Shown here: positions 46,066-59,715 of the stretch, in pieces
Position numbering within the stretch: the stretch's first letter is position 1
Layout: each line of letters starts with the position of its first letter
Assembly (NCBI GenBank): GCA_965603825.1
Contig: CBFDEM010000005.1
Location: forward strand, 806,001-870,000
Direction: 5' to 3'
From: Blepharisma stoltei ATCC 30299
Lineage: Eukaryota; Protista; Ciliophora
Length of the DNA stretch: 64,000 nt
Notes under the pieces: model-generated
The model's database searches: none
The model's input: only the letters and a program-made list of their open reading frames with translations
What the model was told of the DNA's origin: nothing
Translations under genes and position numbers: made by a program

Positions 46066-47499
46066 TTAAGGGCTATCTTGATCTGGTTCATCACGTAGGC
46101 ATTCTTCAATTACAGAAGCTTGTGCCTGCAAATATGATAATAAATCAGTGCTATTTATATTTTCCTGAATAATCCTCATAGTTTCTTCCAGCTCTTTTTT
46201 GTCTGCTTTTTCATGAGAAAGTTGAAGTTTCAGGGTTTTTACTTCTTGATTATTAGCAAGGACTGGACTTTTGAGCTGCATTGGGGAATTTTCTAGTAGT
46301 GGCCCATTGATATTGGTTAATTCTTGACTTATAATTTTCATTTGTTCTTCAAAGCCGCCGCTTGTCCTTAGAAACTCTTCAATTGCAGATTTTGAGTTTC
46401 CATAGTGGATAAGGTCAATTATGTCAAGGATTCATTCACCTGTGGATTTTAAGGTTTCAAGCGTATTATAGTAGCGGTTTTTAAATTGCTCACAGTCAGT
46501 TTCAGCTGTTTTAAGCTTGGCTTCTAGATCTTTGCATTCTGGAGCAATTGTCATTGCTCTGTGATCATTTCTTTCCTTTGAAAGAATTATATTTGATAAA
46601 TTTTTTATGGCTTTTTGCTCATTTTTTTCCAAACTTAAATGCTCTACTTTCCTTATTTTTTCTTTTAAATTACAATTCTCCTCATTTGCATTTTGCAGAT
46701 CCTGCTTTAAATTAAGTTTTTCCATTTCCACAATCTCCAGCTTTGTTTTTACCTCCAGCACTTCTTTATGAAGCGCATTAATTTCCTTTATATACCCATT
46801 AAAGCTTTCCTTCGCTAATTTCAGCTCTAAATTAACTTTAGCTGAATTTTGATCAAAATTTTGCAGGCTTTTCTTTAAATTTTCAATTTCAGCGTCTTTT
46901 GCTTTACAATTTAATTCGGTATCCCTCATCAGCATTGAGACTTTTAGTAGCTCAAACTCGACTTGGTTTTTTTCGTCCATTAATTTAATGATTTTTTCTC
47001 TTGAGGTTTTTAACTCTTCCAGTTCATCAAATTTACTTTGATAATTTATTACTCGGCTCATAGTTTTATTATGACACTCTATCCTTTTCTTGTTTTTTTC
47101 TAATGTTTCTGGGATAAGGCTGAAATTAATTGGACTGCAATATCCGTAGTCAGCTGATTTGCCTCTTCTAACAACTGGGCTGTGGACCACTTGTGCAGTT
47201 CCTTCCTCTCCGACGCTTTCAAAACGAGTTTCTACTTCTGTTTTTTTTGAAGGAATTTTGGAATTTTCATAGCAAATTTGTGGCTGGCTTGGGTTTGCAG
47301 TATCTCAAAGAGATAATGAACTTGAAGATATTTCGCTTTTTAACTGTAATTTAAACTGAGATACTTTTTTCAGTGCAGCACGGCTGTTATTTAATCCATC
47401 GATAAATCTCTTAGAAGAACAGCTGCGTTTGCTTGAAGTTGAAATACCTGAATTGTCAGACTCTTCTGAAATCGACGCATTAATGAGGTGTTTATGCAT
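46066..47499 (-). CDS. Hypothetical coiled-coil protein
   Basis: Three track ORFs in the same frame joined by two TGA. Confidence 0.75.
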
Positions 47500-47531
47500 T
47501 TTTATTATGAAATTAATAAAACATTTAAATA

Positions 47532-49682
47532 ATGGATCCATCATACCTAAATTATTTGGCGAGTTATGGGATTGAGCCTCTCAAATACATGGAAATGCAA
47601 GCTAATTATCTAAGATACCTCGCAAGCTGTTATCCAGGAGAATCTCCAACTCCTCCAAGCCAGTGAAATATGGGGATCCCTGGACTGCCAATGATGCCGA
47701 GAAACGAGCCTTTGCTAAATAATTTTGAAGAAACTAACAGAGACGACATGTCTGTAAAAAGCGAAAAATCTTTTAAGAGCCGAAAGGAATTTATAGAGCC
47801 GCTAAGAGAAATTCCCCAAAATTTTGAGCCAGAAATTAAAAAAGAGGAAGAAAGAAAAATCGAAGAACCAGTTAAAATAGAAAACCCACAGCCAATTATT
47901 GAAGAAAAAATTGTTGAAAGGCCTGAGCAAAAAGCTGAAGCCTGGACTGTATCAATGGCGCCTTCTAAGGCTCGATATGAGCCGCCTCCTGCATTTTCAA
48001 GAAAAAGCCTTGCAGATCCTGACGAAATCCCTATAAAAAATTCAGGAAAAGATTTTGAAAAATTGCTTGAAGAGCAAATAAAAATAAACGCTCAGGCGGA
48101 ATTGCAGGAAAGCCCTGGATATGAAAAGCCTAAGCATGAATTTTTAAAAAGGGGTAGCAAAGCACCTGTTTCTAGGCCAGCCCCACAAACGCCAAAACCA
48201 AAAATTGCAGATGACACTCAGAATAAGCCGTGGAAAATCCCCAAAGTGGACGTAGAAGAAATAAAAAGACCTATAAGAACGCCAGTTAGTAGGAGAAGTG
48301 AAGATGAAAATCATGAAGAAGAAGCCAAAATAAAAAGAGCGTTTTTAAAAAGAGGAGAAGGGCAATTATGTATGAAAAATAGGCCGGTTTCGAATATTAA
48401 GCCGAGGCAAACGCCGCAGAGATTGAATAGATCAATTTCTCAAACGGAGTATAAAGAGATTGCAAACTTGTCGTATTCTTCAGAAGAGGAAGAAAATATT
48501 GTTAATGAGTATTCACTGCCAAAGCAAATTGAAAATAATGAACGAATAGAACAATTGGAAAATGAATTGGAATTTTTCCGCTCAGAAAATGAAAAATTAA
48601 AAAAATTAGCTAAAGAAATGGACGAAAAAAGAAAAAAAGCAGAAAAAGAATGCGAAAAAATGTCTCAATTTGTCCAGCAGGAGCAAGAAAAGTTTGAAAA
48701 ATGAAGGGATGAAGAAATTGAAAAGCTGAGGAGGGAAAGAAAAGTTAGTGAAAGAAATGCAAAATTTCAATCTGGGAAGAAAGAAAAAGAAGAAATAGAG
48801 AGTTTAAAGGCAAATAATGCAAAGCTACTTGAAACTTTAAAACAGAAAGATACAAAGTATAAAATAAATATTGACAAATTAAAACAAAAAATTGAAGAAT
48901 TAACTGAAATGAACAATGAGCTAGAAAAAGCTAACACAGACCTAAAAATAGCTGCAATGCGGAATAAACTAGACTCTAAAGAGGAATTAAAGAAACCCCC
49001 AATCAATAAGCAAGAAGAAGTAAAAAAACCTCAAATCTTCAAACAAGAAGAAGCGAAAAAGCTTCAAAGCTACAAGACCCCAGATATAATTGTAACGGCC
49101 GAAAAAAGTATATCAGAAGAAAGCGAAGAAAAAGAGTCAGACGAAGACAGTCCGATTGACCATCAAATAAAAGGATACTCCCAACAGTCTCCTGCAAATA
49201 GAAAAAGTGATGGCAAAAAAGAAGATGGTAAACGAGAAATCGTTTTCAGCAACGGCGTCCGCAAAGAGATGTTCCCTGACGGCCATTCAGTAGTCCACTT
49301 CACAAATAACGATGTAAAACAGTCATTCCCTGACGGAAAAATCATCTATTTTTTCGCAGAAACCAAAACTACCCAAACCACTTTTCCAGACGGTCTTCAG
49401 CTTTTTAAATTCAACAACGGCCAAGTAGAAAAGCATTTCCCAGACGGCACCAAAGAAATTTCATTCCCAGACGGCACAGTCAAATGCATTTTTACAGATG
49501 GCGAAGAAGAGTCCATTTTCCCAGACGGGACTGTCCAAAAAGTCGATATCCAAGGCATCAAATACATTGACTTTGTAAATGGACAAAAAGATACAATTTT
49601 CCCTGATGGCACAAAAATCAGAGAATTTCCTGATGGCCGAGTAAGGAAAATCATGCCTGATGGGCGAGTCTTTGAACAATAA
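47532..49682 (+). CDS. CENPJ: Centriole/basal-body protein SAS-4/CPAP
   Basis: FLKRGEG motif, coiled coil, C-terminal TCP10/G-box FPDG repeats. Fused through TGA. Confidence 0.88.
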
Positions 49683-49701
49683 TAATTTCATAATTTAAAA
49701 A

Positions 49702-50544
49702 ATGACTGAAAATATAGAGCAGGTCTTAAACTGAATTTTGAAGCCGCAGTATAAAGACAAAGCTATCAGCTGGGCACAAGCTTGCACAAGCGACGAAATG
49801 AAAGGACTGAAACTAATAGGTGCGATTTTTAAACATAAAGGTAAAAAGAAGTTCAGAAAAAACAGCCATGACCCGAATACATCAGCTAGGAGCGTAAAAG
49901 CGTTTGAATCGGAGCTGAGAAAGCGGCAATTGATGTCGACTTATGAAAGCGAATTTTCGTATAGAGCGAACCCAAATACTAATATTTTGCAATACAGGAA
50001 ACTTGGCGATATTCAGTGTAGCGAAATTTTGACACCTTTGGCAGTTATGTTTATTGAAGAATGGATTGACTTAAAAGATGACCCAAAATACCAGAGCCTT
50101 GTTTTGCAGTGCTTGAGGTCATTAAATGCTATAATAAAATCATCAAGCGCCTCAGTGTCTGAAACTCATAAGTCGTTTTTATGAAATGACCCAACTAAAA
50201 ATTTTAAACCTCATAGACTTGATCAAGTTTCTTCAGCACTTGGAAACCGCTCTCAGAGTGCCTCCAAGCCATGGGTAAGACCTAACAGTGCTCAACAAGT
50301 CGATACCAAAATAAATCCGGTTATGTTTACGAAAGATGACTTAAATAAAAGAAAGCAAGCTCTTATATCAGGAAGTGGAATTATAGGGAAGTGGGTAGTT
50401 GCTCCTACAAATCCTCATATTTCGCATTACCAAGAAACTTATGTAACACATTTCCATAAGTATATGCGTGCTGATCCTGGCGACAAATATACTTCAATTT
50501 CCGTGGGCCGTATGCTTCCAACCCCAGACATATCGAACTTATAA
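49702..50544 (+). CDS. Hypothetical protein
   Basis: ATG at 49702; two track ORFs joined through TGA. Confidence 0.7.
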
Positions 50545-50677
50545 TAATTTTAACGAAATGGAAATTTAAAGGTATTTTATTCACAATTTATAAATAACTT
50601 TTAAATAGAAGTAATTTACCGCGCAGCCAAATTTTTGCCTTCGTTTTGGAAGTTTCCCTGTTTAATTAATCTAATTT

Positions 50678-52780
50678 TTATTCACTATCATATAATTCTA
50701 GAAGATCGCTATTACAAATGCAAAATTCTGCATTAAATCCTAGTGAGCGTGACGCGTCTTCGCATTTTCCTCCATATGAGTCTATTCGATAAATTTGGCT
50801 AATTTTCCCTATCATTTTCTGTGATTTATGGATAACAGGAAAAGTATGTAAAGCCTTATCAGAATCCAACAGACTTGTCTCATAAGGAGAAACATAGGTC
50901 CAAGCATCAAATACGGCATCTGACTCATTTATTTCTAATTGGATTTTATATATCATTGTATTCGATTCCGCTTCAGTTGAAGATGCACTATTTATCAATT
51001 TCAATGTAACTTTTCTGCACAAAATTCCTTTATCGTGGATTTTTGATGAATAAGAATTTGAATTGATCGTATTTATCACTTCCTCAGCTACTGTCTGAAG
51101 AAATTTTGTTTCTGCTTTATCTAATGCCTGCATGTCTATATTTTTCAAATAATAAGTGCTGCAAAGCCAAGGAGGGATCCCAGCGTCATTGCAAGTCCTA
51201 TTATTTGGGACTTTTTCATTAAATAAGTTAAAATACCGTGAATCAGGATTCAGGGTTTTTCCGTATAGTTCTCCAGCCAAATAAATGACTGTTCTCCTTA
51301 AATCTGGTTTTGTGGTCAGTCTATATGTGTTGTGCTCTAAAGTGTCATAAGAATTTGGGATTCTATCTAATAATTCTCTTTTAGCTGCCAAAAAGAATAC
51401 AGGAAGCCTATGCTCTTGCATAGAGTTTGGCTTACTTTTAAACCCAGCATACCTCATCCCATGGTCTCCTACAATCATAAAGACAACATTATGCGTATTT
51501 TCAAATTTTGCGAGTTTTTTTAAATATCATGTCAGGTCTTCGTCTATTGTTTGGGCATGCTGGCCTGTGATTTCGTGAGCCGCTGTAAAATGATTATAAA
51601 TCCATAGGCTGGTTTGGCTATACATTTCTGCAAACCGAAGGGAATAGTCCATTAAATATCAATGGGACATCTGTGGACCTAAGCAACGGATATTTTTTGC
51701 TTTAAATTTTGATGATGAATATCCTGCGAAATCTTTAGCTGCACAGTAAAAAGGCTGAACTACATGATCAGCGTCTGGAAATGGCCCGAAAAATGTATTT
51801 AGCTTATAAGCGCACATTTCCATCCCTAGTAAAGTCATAAAACCCATCCGTTGTAATTTTTTTCATAAAGCATGTCTCCCTAGTCTACTGTCTGTTAACG
51901 GATAAGACTCAATTGAATTATTACCCAAAAAAGTTGACTGATTTTCTAAAGTACTTGCCCCAATGATATTATGGAATTTAAAATCATAAACTTTTCAAGC
52001 TGCACTCATTTCTAGAGAATTTAGATATGAAATTGTTGTTGGGAGTTTTCTAAAAAAATGCCGCCTTGAAAAACTGTCTAGAGTTATTGTAGCGATTAAG
52101 AGAGGTTTTTTATCAAGTTTTGATTCTGTTTTAAAGCTTTTCATTGTGTCTATTGCATTAGAATAAGCTTGTGCATTAAACCTAGGAGTTGTAAAAAATG
52201 TATCAAAATGGTCACTTTCAGGGTTGCATAGTCCCATAATAAATTCTGTGTGTGGCTGTAATTTCGCGTTCTTTTTTGTATATTTTTTAACATTTCAGTG
52301 TTTTTTCCCTAATTTTGGCGACGTATAAAGTTTTGGCTTCGGTGGACCAACCAAGAACTTTCCCCCAGTACAATTCTTAATTTCAAATTTATTATTGCTA
52401 AGATTGACTTCAATATCTTTGTTCCTGTCCTCATATAAAGTATCACATCTAGGATATTCATACTTCGGAAAGAGAATTTCAGCTTCCTCTATTGTGTACC
52501 CAAAAGAAGCTGGAATTGCAGGTATTATTTGTTTCATCATAAGCATTTGATCTGTATCATTGATGGAAAAAGGCTTTGGAGTAAAAGCTTTTTTAAAATT
52601 TTTATTTGATAGAGTGACGTGATTACTAATGTATGCATTTTCTATTTGAGTATCGAGTTCTGGGACTATTCTGGTAGTTTGGGGACACAAAAGGAGGGAG
52701 GCAAGCACATAAAGAAGAAAGATTAAACATGAAGTAAGAATGGCATGGCATTTTGATATAGGAGATGGAAAGGTTGCCAT
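50678..52780 (-). CDS. DUF229 family (alkaline-phosphatase/sulfatase-like fold) type II membrane protein
   Basis: N-terminal TM; LDSFSRRHFFRKLP.T; GDHGMRY..EHRLP; RTC.DAGIP...C. Four track ORFs fuse. Confidence 0.82.
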
Positions 52781-53052
52781 TTTATAATCATTATATAAGA
52801 AATCGATAGATTTAGTAGGAGTTTTCTGCTTTATTAGAAATAGTTTTAATTATAATGAATCAAAATTTAAAAGCAAATTTTAATGATTTTTTAATGGAAA
52901 CCTCTTAAAAAATTAAATTTATTTCTGTAAATCTATTTAAGATTTCAGTTCATAAGAACAGCTAAAAATAGTTAACTGTAATTAATTTTGCTGAGGACCC
53001 CTATGGGAATTTAAATAATAATTAATTTCTAATTTCACCATGTATAATTATT

Positions 53053-53514
53053 ATGGGCAAAGAAGAAGAAAAGAAGGCAGAAGCCAAAAAGCATAAAAAA
53101 GTTGATAAAGAAACAAAGAAAAAAGTTGACTCCAAAGCAGCAAAGCCTAAAGAAGCAAAAGCAGCAAAGCCAAAAACCCCAGCAAAATCTGCAAAAAAAC
53201 CTGATGAGAAATCCGCTCCTAAGCCAGCTCAGAAAAAGAAAGCCCCAGAAAAGCCTACTAAAGAGGAGCCAAAACCCGAAAAAAAATCAAAACCTTCAAA
53301 ACAATTCCAAGACGAGGACGGGCTTCCTATCCAGCGAAAGCCAGGCCAAAAATACCCAGAACCCTCCTTAGATGATCCCACAAGAGCATTTTACGAAAGT
53401 CTTTATGAGCAGAATCCTAAAAGCTTGATGGCTCAAAAATATTGCTTAGATTACGGCCTTTTGCCTGAAGAAGTCGCACAGAAACTGTTAAGCGTATTTA
53501 ATAAGAAAAAATAA
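53053..53514 (+). CDS. Lys-rich protein with compact C-terminal domain (GQKYPEP..RAFYESLYEQNP.S.MA..YCL.YGLL)
   Basis: Clean ORF; function not recognised. Confidence 0.8.
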   Translation: MGKEEEKKAEAKKHKKVDKETKKKVDSKAAKPKEAKAAKPKTPAKSAKKPDEKSAPKPAQKKKAPEKPTKEEPKPEKKSKPSKQFQDEDGLPIQRKPGQKYPEPSLDDPTRAFYESLYEQNPKSLMAQKYCLDYGLLPEEVAQKLLSVFNKKK

Positions 53515-53524
53515 TTCTATTAAT

Positions 53525-55198
53525 TTACACAGCTAACTTCTTAAGTGACGTCAAAAACTCCCATTGATTACTCTCTTGCAAAGGTACAACTGCAGGAGTA
53601 TTCAGATATTCTATGCTCTTTATAGGGAAAATCATATCTAGCGTCAATTTAAATGCGTCATTTATCATTCTTGGTATCAATTGTTGCAGCAAAGGTGAAG
53701 AAAGCTCTAAACAAGGATTTGTGTTGCATTCTATAAGCCATGGTTTCATAGTAGAATCTAATATAAAATCGTAACCAAAAATTTCGAAACAGAATTGGCG
53801 TTGATTTGGGTTCAGCTTTCCTTTGACTGATCTTAAGCTGTGCGTGATTAATTCTTTCATGCCTGCAATAATTCTTCCTAATGAGTTTTTGGAGTTTGGG
53901 AATTGCTGGTCGAGATATTTGTGCAGAAACTCAAAAGAAAGCTGGTTCCCATCTTCAAATTTTCCATAATCTGCACCTTCTTTTTGTATTGCGTTGTTTG
54001 TTAAATGGACATATTCGCTTGTTAGTTGGTCGTCTGTCAATGTAAAAGGGGCTGAAGAAGTGCGGATATAGCCTTGAGAGAAGAAATAGCAGTCATATTC
54101 ATGAGTGACGAGAACCCAAACTCTAATGTCAAATTTTCTACCGTCGATTAATAGAGGGCTTTCTATGTATTTTTGGACTACGAATTTCATAGTTAATTGT
54201 GGATTTTTGGCGAATTTAGGTTTCGTTATATTTTGTGCTGAGGATTGGACATCAGCTAATAAATTTTTTAATGTGGAAATATCATTAAATATGTGGATCC
54301 CCCTTCCTCTGTTGAAACCTGAAGGCTTCAAGAGCCAAAGGTTTTTGGTGCCATTTTGGGAGTTGCTTTTAAAGTACCCTACAAATTTACTCATTTGTGA
54401 CGTGAAATCTTTTGATTCCATGTTTAAAGGGAAGGTAACTGGCATCAACTTTGTGATGTCCATTGCTTTTAGTTTGCAATAAGATACCATATTGCTATAT
54501 AAAAGCATTTTATTACTCAGCTGTGCATGAAACTCAAAATGATTGGCCATTTGAGTTGGCAAGTAAGGCATAAGCCTATCAAAGCGGATTTTTACTGATG
54601 TTGGATGCCATATAAAATGAAGATTCGTCCTCCCATTTTCTGCTTCCACCCAATTAGCCCTGAGCCCAAGAATATTGTGAATTAATGACGAGTTATTTCC
54701 TTTGAATATAAGAAATTTATATTCTGACTCAGAATTTTCACGATATGTCAAATCTTGGTAAGGTGACACATTTTCTCTAACACTATCAGGGAAAGAAGCA
54801 CTTCTGATTGTTTGCTGATTTTGCAGTCCAATCCCTGTTGCAATTAATGCTCTTTCTGAGAAATTTTCTGCCTTCTTTCTGATTTTCAGTATTGAGGGGT
54901 TGCCAAAACCTCCTGTCATGTTCAGTTTTTTCATTGGCAGCTTAGCACTTCGAGGACTGTGGATCACTCGCAATGATGAGTTGCAGACACAAAATTGGTT
55001 GGAATGCATTAAAATTGCTTGTGAAGGCTTTGGAAATTTTATTTTTTTGCAGTCTTCACAAATAAATGCTGAGCTTGGTCGCAATGGGTCAGATCCTTTT
55101 GGACTCTTTTCGGAATTTTTTTCCCTGTTTTTGGCTTTAATCATCTCGATTATGGTTTTGTGAGCGATTAATCGAGAACTTGGCTTATTCTTCATCAT
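53525..55198 (-). CDS. Tubulin-tyrosine-ligase-like protein (tubulin glycylase/glutamylase family)
   Basis: WLLKP..NRGRGI, VVQKYIE.PLL..RKFDIR, HLTNNAIQK, FEIFGYDF, WLIECNTNP. Confidence 0.93.
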   Translation of the reverse strand: MMKNKPSSRLIAHKTIIEMIKAKNREKNSEKSPKGSDPLRPSSAFICEDCKKIKFPKPSQAILMHSNQFCVCNSSLRVIHSPRSAKLPMKKLNMTGGFGNPSILKIRKKAENFSERALIATGIGLQNQQTIRSASFPDSVRENVSPYQDLTYRENSESEYKFLIFKGNNSSLIHNILGLRANWVEAENGRTNLHFIWHPTSVKIRFDRLMPYLPTQMANHFEFHAQLSNKMLLYSNMVSYCKLKAMDITKLMPVTFPLNMESKDFTSQMSKFVGYFKSNSQNGTKNLWLLKPSGFNRGRGIHIFNDISTLKNLLADVQSSAQNITKPKFAKNPQLTMKFVVQKYIESPLLIDGRKFDIRVWVLVTHEYDCYFFSQGYIRTSSAPFTLTDDQLTSEYVHLTNNAIQKEGADYGKFEDGNQLSFEFLHKYLDQQFPNSKNSLGRIIAGMKELITHSLRSVKGKLNPNQRQFCFEIFGYDFILDSTMKPWLIECNTNPCLELSSPLLQQLIPRMINDAFKLTLDMIFPIKSIEYLNTPAVVPLQESNQWEFLTSLKKLAV

Positions 55199-55642
55199 TA
55201 CTTTATGCTTTAAATAAATGCCATTTAATTCAAAATATTCAGGAAAAGATGCAATTGACAGTTGTGATTTTATTTATTAATAATTTTCATTTTTGAGTGG
55301 TCTGTTTGTATATTTTAGACACTCACAGTCAGCATCATTTGAGTTTAATTAAATTAGACTTGCAAATAATCCAAAAAAAAGCATTGACTTTATAATTAAG
55401 TACCCAATAAGAGTGCATAAGTCATAAATAATTTTATTATTTAATATTCAAATTTCAAATTTCCCCTAAAATTCCCATTTCTTCTCTTTATTATCTTAAG
55501 TTGCATAAATTTATTCCAAACGTCATGACTTTTCATTTCTATTCATTAATTATTCATTTTTTCTTTTATACCAGTAAATTCTTCTTCATAATTCCATTCT
55601 ATTTTATCACAGTTTTAATTCATCAACCAAACAATACAATAA

Positions 55643-58600
55643 ATGTCAGGTATAACCTTAAGATCAAATGAATCTCAAATTCCAATCCTTTTGGACCGTC
55701 TACAAGAGATTTCTCAGTCCCTTGAGCGAGCCCCTCATAAGCGAAGTTCTTTTAGAGCTGATCCGGAATCCATCATGGAAGATTATCTTGCAGATGTTTC
55801 AGATGCGCGAAAAAAAGCCCAGGAAGCTATCAAACTTGCCAGAAAATTCCATAAGGCTTATCAAAAATCTTATGCTAATAGTAAAGAATTTTTCAGAAAA
55901 GGCGAAGAGCTTCAAGAGAAAATTGAAGAAATGGAATCCCAGATCAGGGACCAACAAAGCGAGCTGATTTCTCGTGAGCAGCGCTGTGATGGGTTGACTA
56001 GTGAAATTGCTGATTTAGAAAAATTATTTAAAAACACAATAAGCGAGAATTCTCAGCTGAAAAGAGAGATTAATAGCTTAAAGAGGGAAATTACACAAAA
56101 GGAGCAAGAAATCAAAAAGAAGCCTAAAAAAAGCACAAAAAATGAAAATAATGAAAGGGAAAGTGACAAAGCTCTCCAAAATGAGATCGTAATTCTGACT
56201 GGAGAGTTAAAACGGCAGGTTGAAGAAATTGAAGACCTCCACTTCAAGTTAAAAGAAGTTAGCAATTTATTACAGATAGAAAAAAGTGCCAGTGAAAGGC
56301 TAAGGAATTTTATAACACAGATTAAAAACGAAAACTTTGAGCATGGAAAAGAAATTGAAGAGCTGAAAATAGAAAAAAGCATGATGGAAGAAAGAATATT
56401 AGGCTTAAAAAATGAGCTGGTGCAAATGAAGACTTATAATGAACAGCTTGAAAGAGAATATGACAACCAAAGGAGAAGAGCGACGCTAACCGAAATCCCA
56501 AAAGAATTAAATAAAACCGTAAAAATGGTTATAAAAGAAGAGCATGAAGAAGAAAGTGACAAAGAAAGTGGCAGTATTGTTAGCGATGAGAGCGAGAGTG
56601 AGAAAGAAGAAAATGGAGGATTTAGCTTAGAAATAGAAGAATACAATGAAAATATTCATAGAGCTGATACTAGAGCAAAAACAGCACCAGCTCCTGTAGA
56701 AGAAACTTTAGGAGATTATTTAGGAGAAGAAGAGGAAGAGTCCAATTCAAGTGATAATCCATATTTCATGGTTTCATCACCTACATCAAAATTCAGCATA
56801 AATGGCGACTCGTCGCCAAAGGACAACAAAGTATTTTTCTTGAGCTCTCCCAAAGCAAACTATGATTTGCAGTATCCATCTTTTCAGTTTGATAGTAGCA
56901 ATGATAAAAAGATTTGCCATTGTGACGATATTTCTGTCAGCTCTAAACCAGCTGAGAGCAAAAGGAAAGAAATTTGCGTAGTAAACAGTGAAATTTTAAT
57001 TTTTCCAAAGGCAAAAGCGCAAAAGCATATAACTCAATGCGAAGGAATTTTAATTGAAAAAGTTCTAAAGCCAGAATTGCAATTGGAGAACAGTGAAAAG
57101 ATTTTAATAAAGCCTAAGGAAAAGCCCACGCTGCATACGAATGAGGCAGAAAAAATATTAATATTGCCCAAGGAAAAGCCAAAACTGCAGCTAAAAATTA
57201 CTGAAAGTATGATGATTTCGCCTGAAGAAAAACCAATCCTAGAGCTAAAAACGATCGAAAAATTGATGATTTTACCTAAAGAAAAACCTAAACTAGAGTT
57301 AAAGAGTGAGAATAAGCTCATTATTTTGCCAAAGGAGAAAGCCAAATTGCAACTAAATTTGATTGAAAATCTCATGATTTTCCCAAAGGAAAAAGCTAAA
57401 TTAGATATAAAACTGATACATAAACTCATTATTTTGCCAAAGGAAAAACCCAAGCTCGAGCTAAAAACAAATGAAAAAATCCTTATAATTCCAGTTGAGA
57501 AGCCAAAACTTATTATGGAAAATTTCAAATCATGCTTACCTCCTCTTCAAAAGCCAAAGCTGCAGCTGAATCAAGTAGAAAACTTACTCATTCTGGCAAA
57601 AATAAAACCCAAGAAATCACTTATAAATTGTGGACACATTTTTGTGCACCCTCTGCAAAAAGTCGAAGTGGAGCAGCATATTTCAGATAAACCTACAATT
57701 ACTTTGCAATCAATATCAGTTTTTTCTTTATCAATATCAAAACAGCTTAAAAAGGCCCTTGCAATCATTTCGATGAATTCTTTATCACTTTGCAATCAAA
57801 AATTGCCAAATAATTTCCTGATAGCCAATGAAAAATTAATATCAATTCCATCATATAAACAGAAACTAGAATTGCAAAATATTCAAAAACTAAAAATTTG
57901 ATCACTTCCTAAGCTTTCTTACAGCAAGAACAGTGATGTACATATTCTGGAAACTAAAAATGTTCAGCTGGAAGTCCAAAGCATCCAAACCTTAAAAATC
58001 TATTCACCTCCGAAGTTTTCTTGCAGCAAGAATGAACATATAAATATCTTGGAAACCAAAAAGCCTCAATTGGAGCTCCAAAATGTCCAAAAATTACAAA
58101 TTTATTCGCATCCTAAGCTCTCTTACAGTAAGAACAGTCATATAAATATATGGGAAACTAAGAAAACTGAAATAAAGCCTTGTCTTTCTATAAGTTCAGC
58201 CAGTATTTTTCCAGAAAAACCAATTTCTATTTTACCTCTAAAGTCTTTATTAGAGGTCCAAAACGTTCAAAACACAAAATTGGGCTTAAATTCTTTCCTT
58301 TCCTCCTCAACTCATGATCAAATTCACATTATTTCACCCAAGCCTAAGCCCCAAATTTTCCAGAAGCTACCAAAGGTAGCTCATCCTCTTCAAGCATTTA
58401 GCTTTTGCTATTTAGAAAGCATTTTTATTCGTTCCAAAAATAATTTGTCTGATAACTCCAGTATAAATTCAGACGATACAACTTCTTCAAGACGATCTCG
58501 GCTTAATGCTCCTCAGTCAAGAGACCCAATTAAAGAATTTTTTATTTTTGTAAATTTCATGTAGACGTGTCAAGCTGCCAAACTAAACAGCAAATACAAA

Positions 58601-58723
58601 GATCGACTGGGGAGAGTCCCTGTTAATTCATTATATAGTAAAGTGCTAGAAGAAGGAATTCCATTTAATAAATGGCATGACTATGTTCAAGAGGAATTGC
58701 ATAAAGAGTTTGGAAAATGCTAA
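55643..58723 (+). CDS. Large coiled-coil/repeat protein with C-terminal globular-looking motif; 15-nt intron 58550-58564
   Basis: Fused through TGA (57899-57901). After the intron: DPIKEFFIF|TCQAAKLNS..LY..IPFNKWHDYV. Confidence 0.8.
57040..58170 (+). repeat. Coding tandem repeats: about ten 18-aa units (EKPKLELK..EKL.ILPK), then three 33-aa units
   Basis: 54-nt periodicity at about 57040-57620; 99-nt periodicity at about 57860-58170. Confidence 0.85.
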
Positions 58724-58854
58724 TTTTTATTATATTCATAATTTATTATCTATTAGGGCATATAAGAAGGGATTTATTTAATATATGGCCAAGATGAAGT
58801 GTTAGAAATGTTAATTCTTTATTATTTTAAGTTCCCAATAGTAATATTTGTAGA

Positions 58855-59715
58855 ATGGACCCTGATAGTGGAGTGATCAGTAATTCTAATGATTTTAAAA
58901 GCCCTTTAGAAGCAATAAGGGCAGCGTTCAGGCAAAGCCAAGGCCAAAATTCGGGATCTTTTTATTTTGAGTTTTCACCTAATGTTGTTAAAGATAGAGC
59001 TGGAAATACAGAATTTACTCAAGCAAATACAAGATGGGCAATAGAAAGCCAAGAAGAAGCGATAAATAGACAAAACCGCCAAGCAGCAGCTATCATAGAT
59101 AGAAGCAATAATGAGTTAAAACACAAACTCACAATAAACAAATTGGAAACAGAAAGACAGTTAAAGCTCTTAGAAAATCAATATGAATTACAAATACATG
59201 AGCTTGATAAAAACCAAGAAATGCAGCAGGCTTGAATGCAATTTCAGTATGAAATGGAGCAAGCACAACAGAATTATGAATTAGAAAAATATAGAGAGAG
59301 TGTGAAAAATGAAATTGCAGGGCTTCATGATCAATTAGAATATGAAAATCAAAAAATTGATTCAGAGTGCAAAATTAAAGAAAGCAGGCTTAGGCATGAA
59401 ATTTTAAGAATTGAAGAAAATTCCAAAAAAGAGATAAACCAATTGAAAATGATGAATTTAAGAGAAATCGCACTAAGTGAGTGTGAAAGAGATATAATCA
59501 TCAATGACTATAGAGAAAAAGCAGGAATTAAAATTCAAAAAATAAAGTCTAGGACTCAGGAAGAAGAGACTAGAATGAGATGTGAGGCTGAAGTAAAAAT
59601 TGCTAAAATATGGAAAAAGGTTAAGATGCTAGAAATAGGGTTAAATATAGTATCAAATGTGATTTCATTAATTCCCGCTTTGAATAAAGGAGTTGGATTG
59701 ATCAAACATCTTTAA
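58855..59715 (+). CDS. Coiled-coil cluster gene 1
   Basis: Two abutting track ORFs joined by TGA (59233-59235). Confidence 0.8.

Noticed and set aside
49230-49670. Recurrent ttcccagacgg/ttccctgatgg units resembling a CRISPR or satellite array
   Set aside because: They are the FPDG codons of the SAS-4/TCP10 G-box, varying at synonymous positions.
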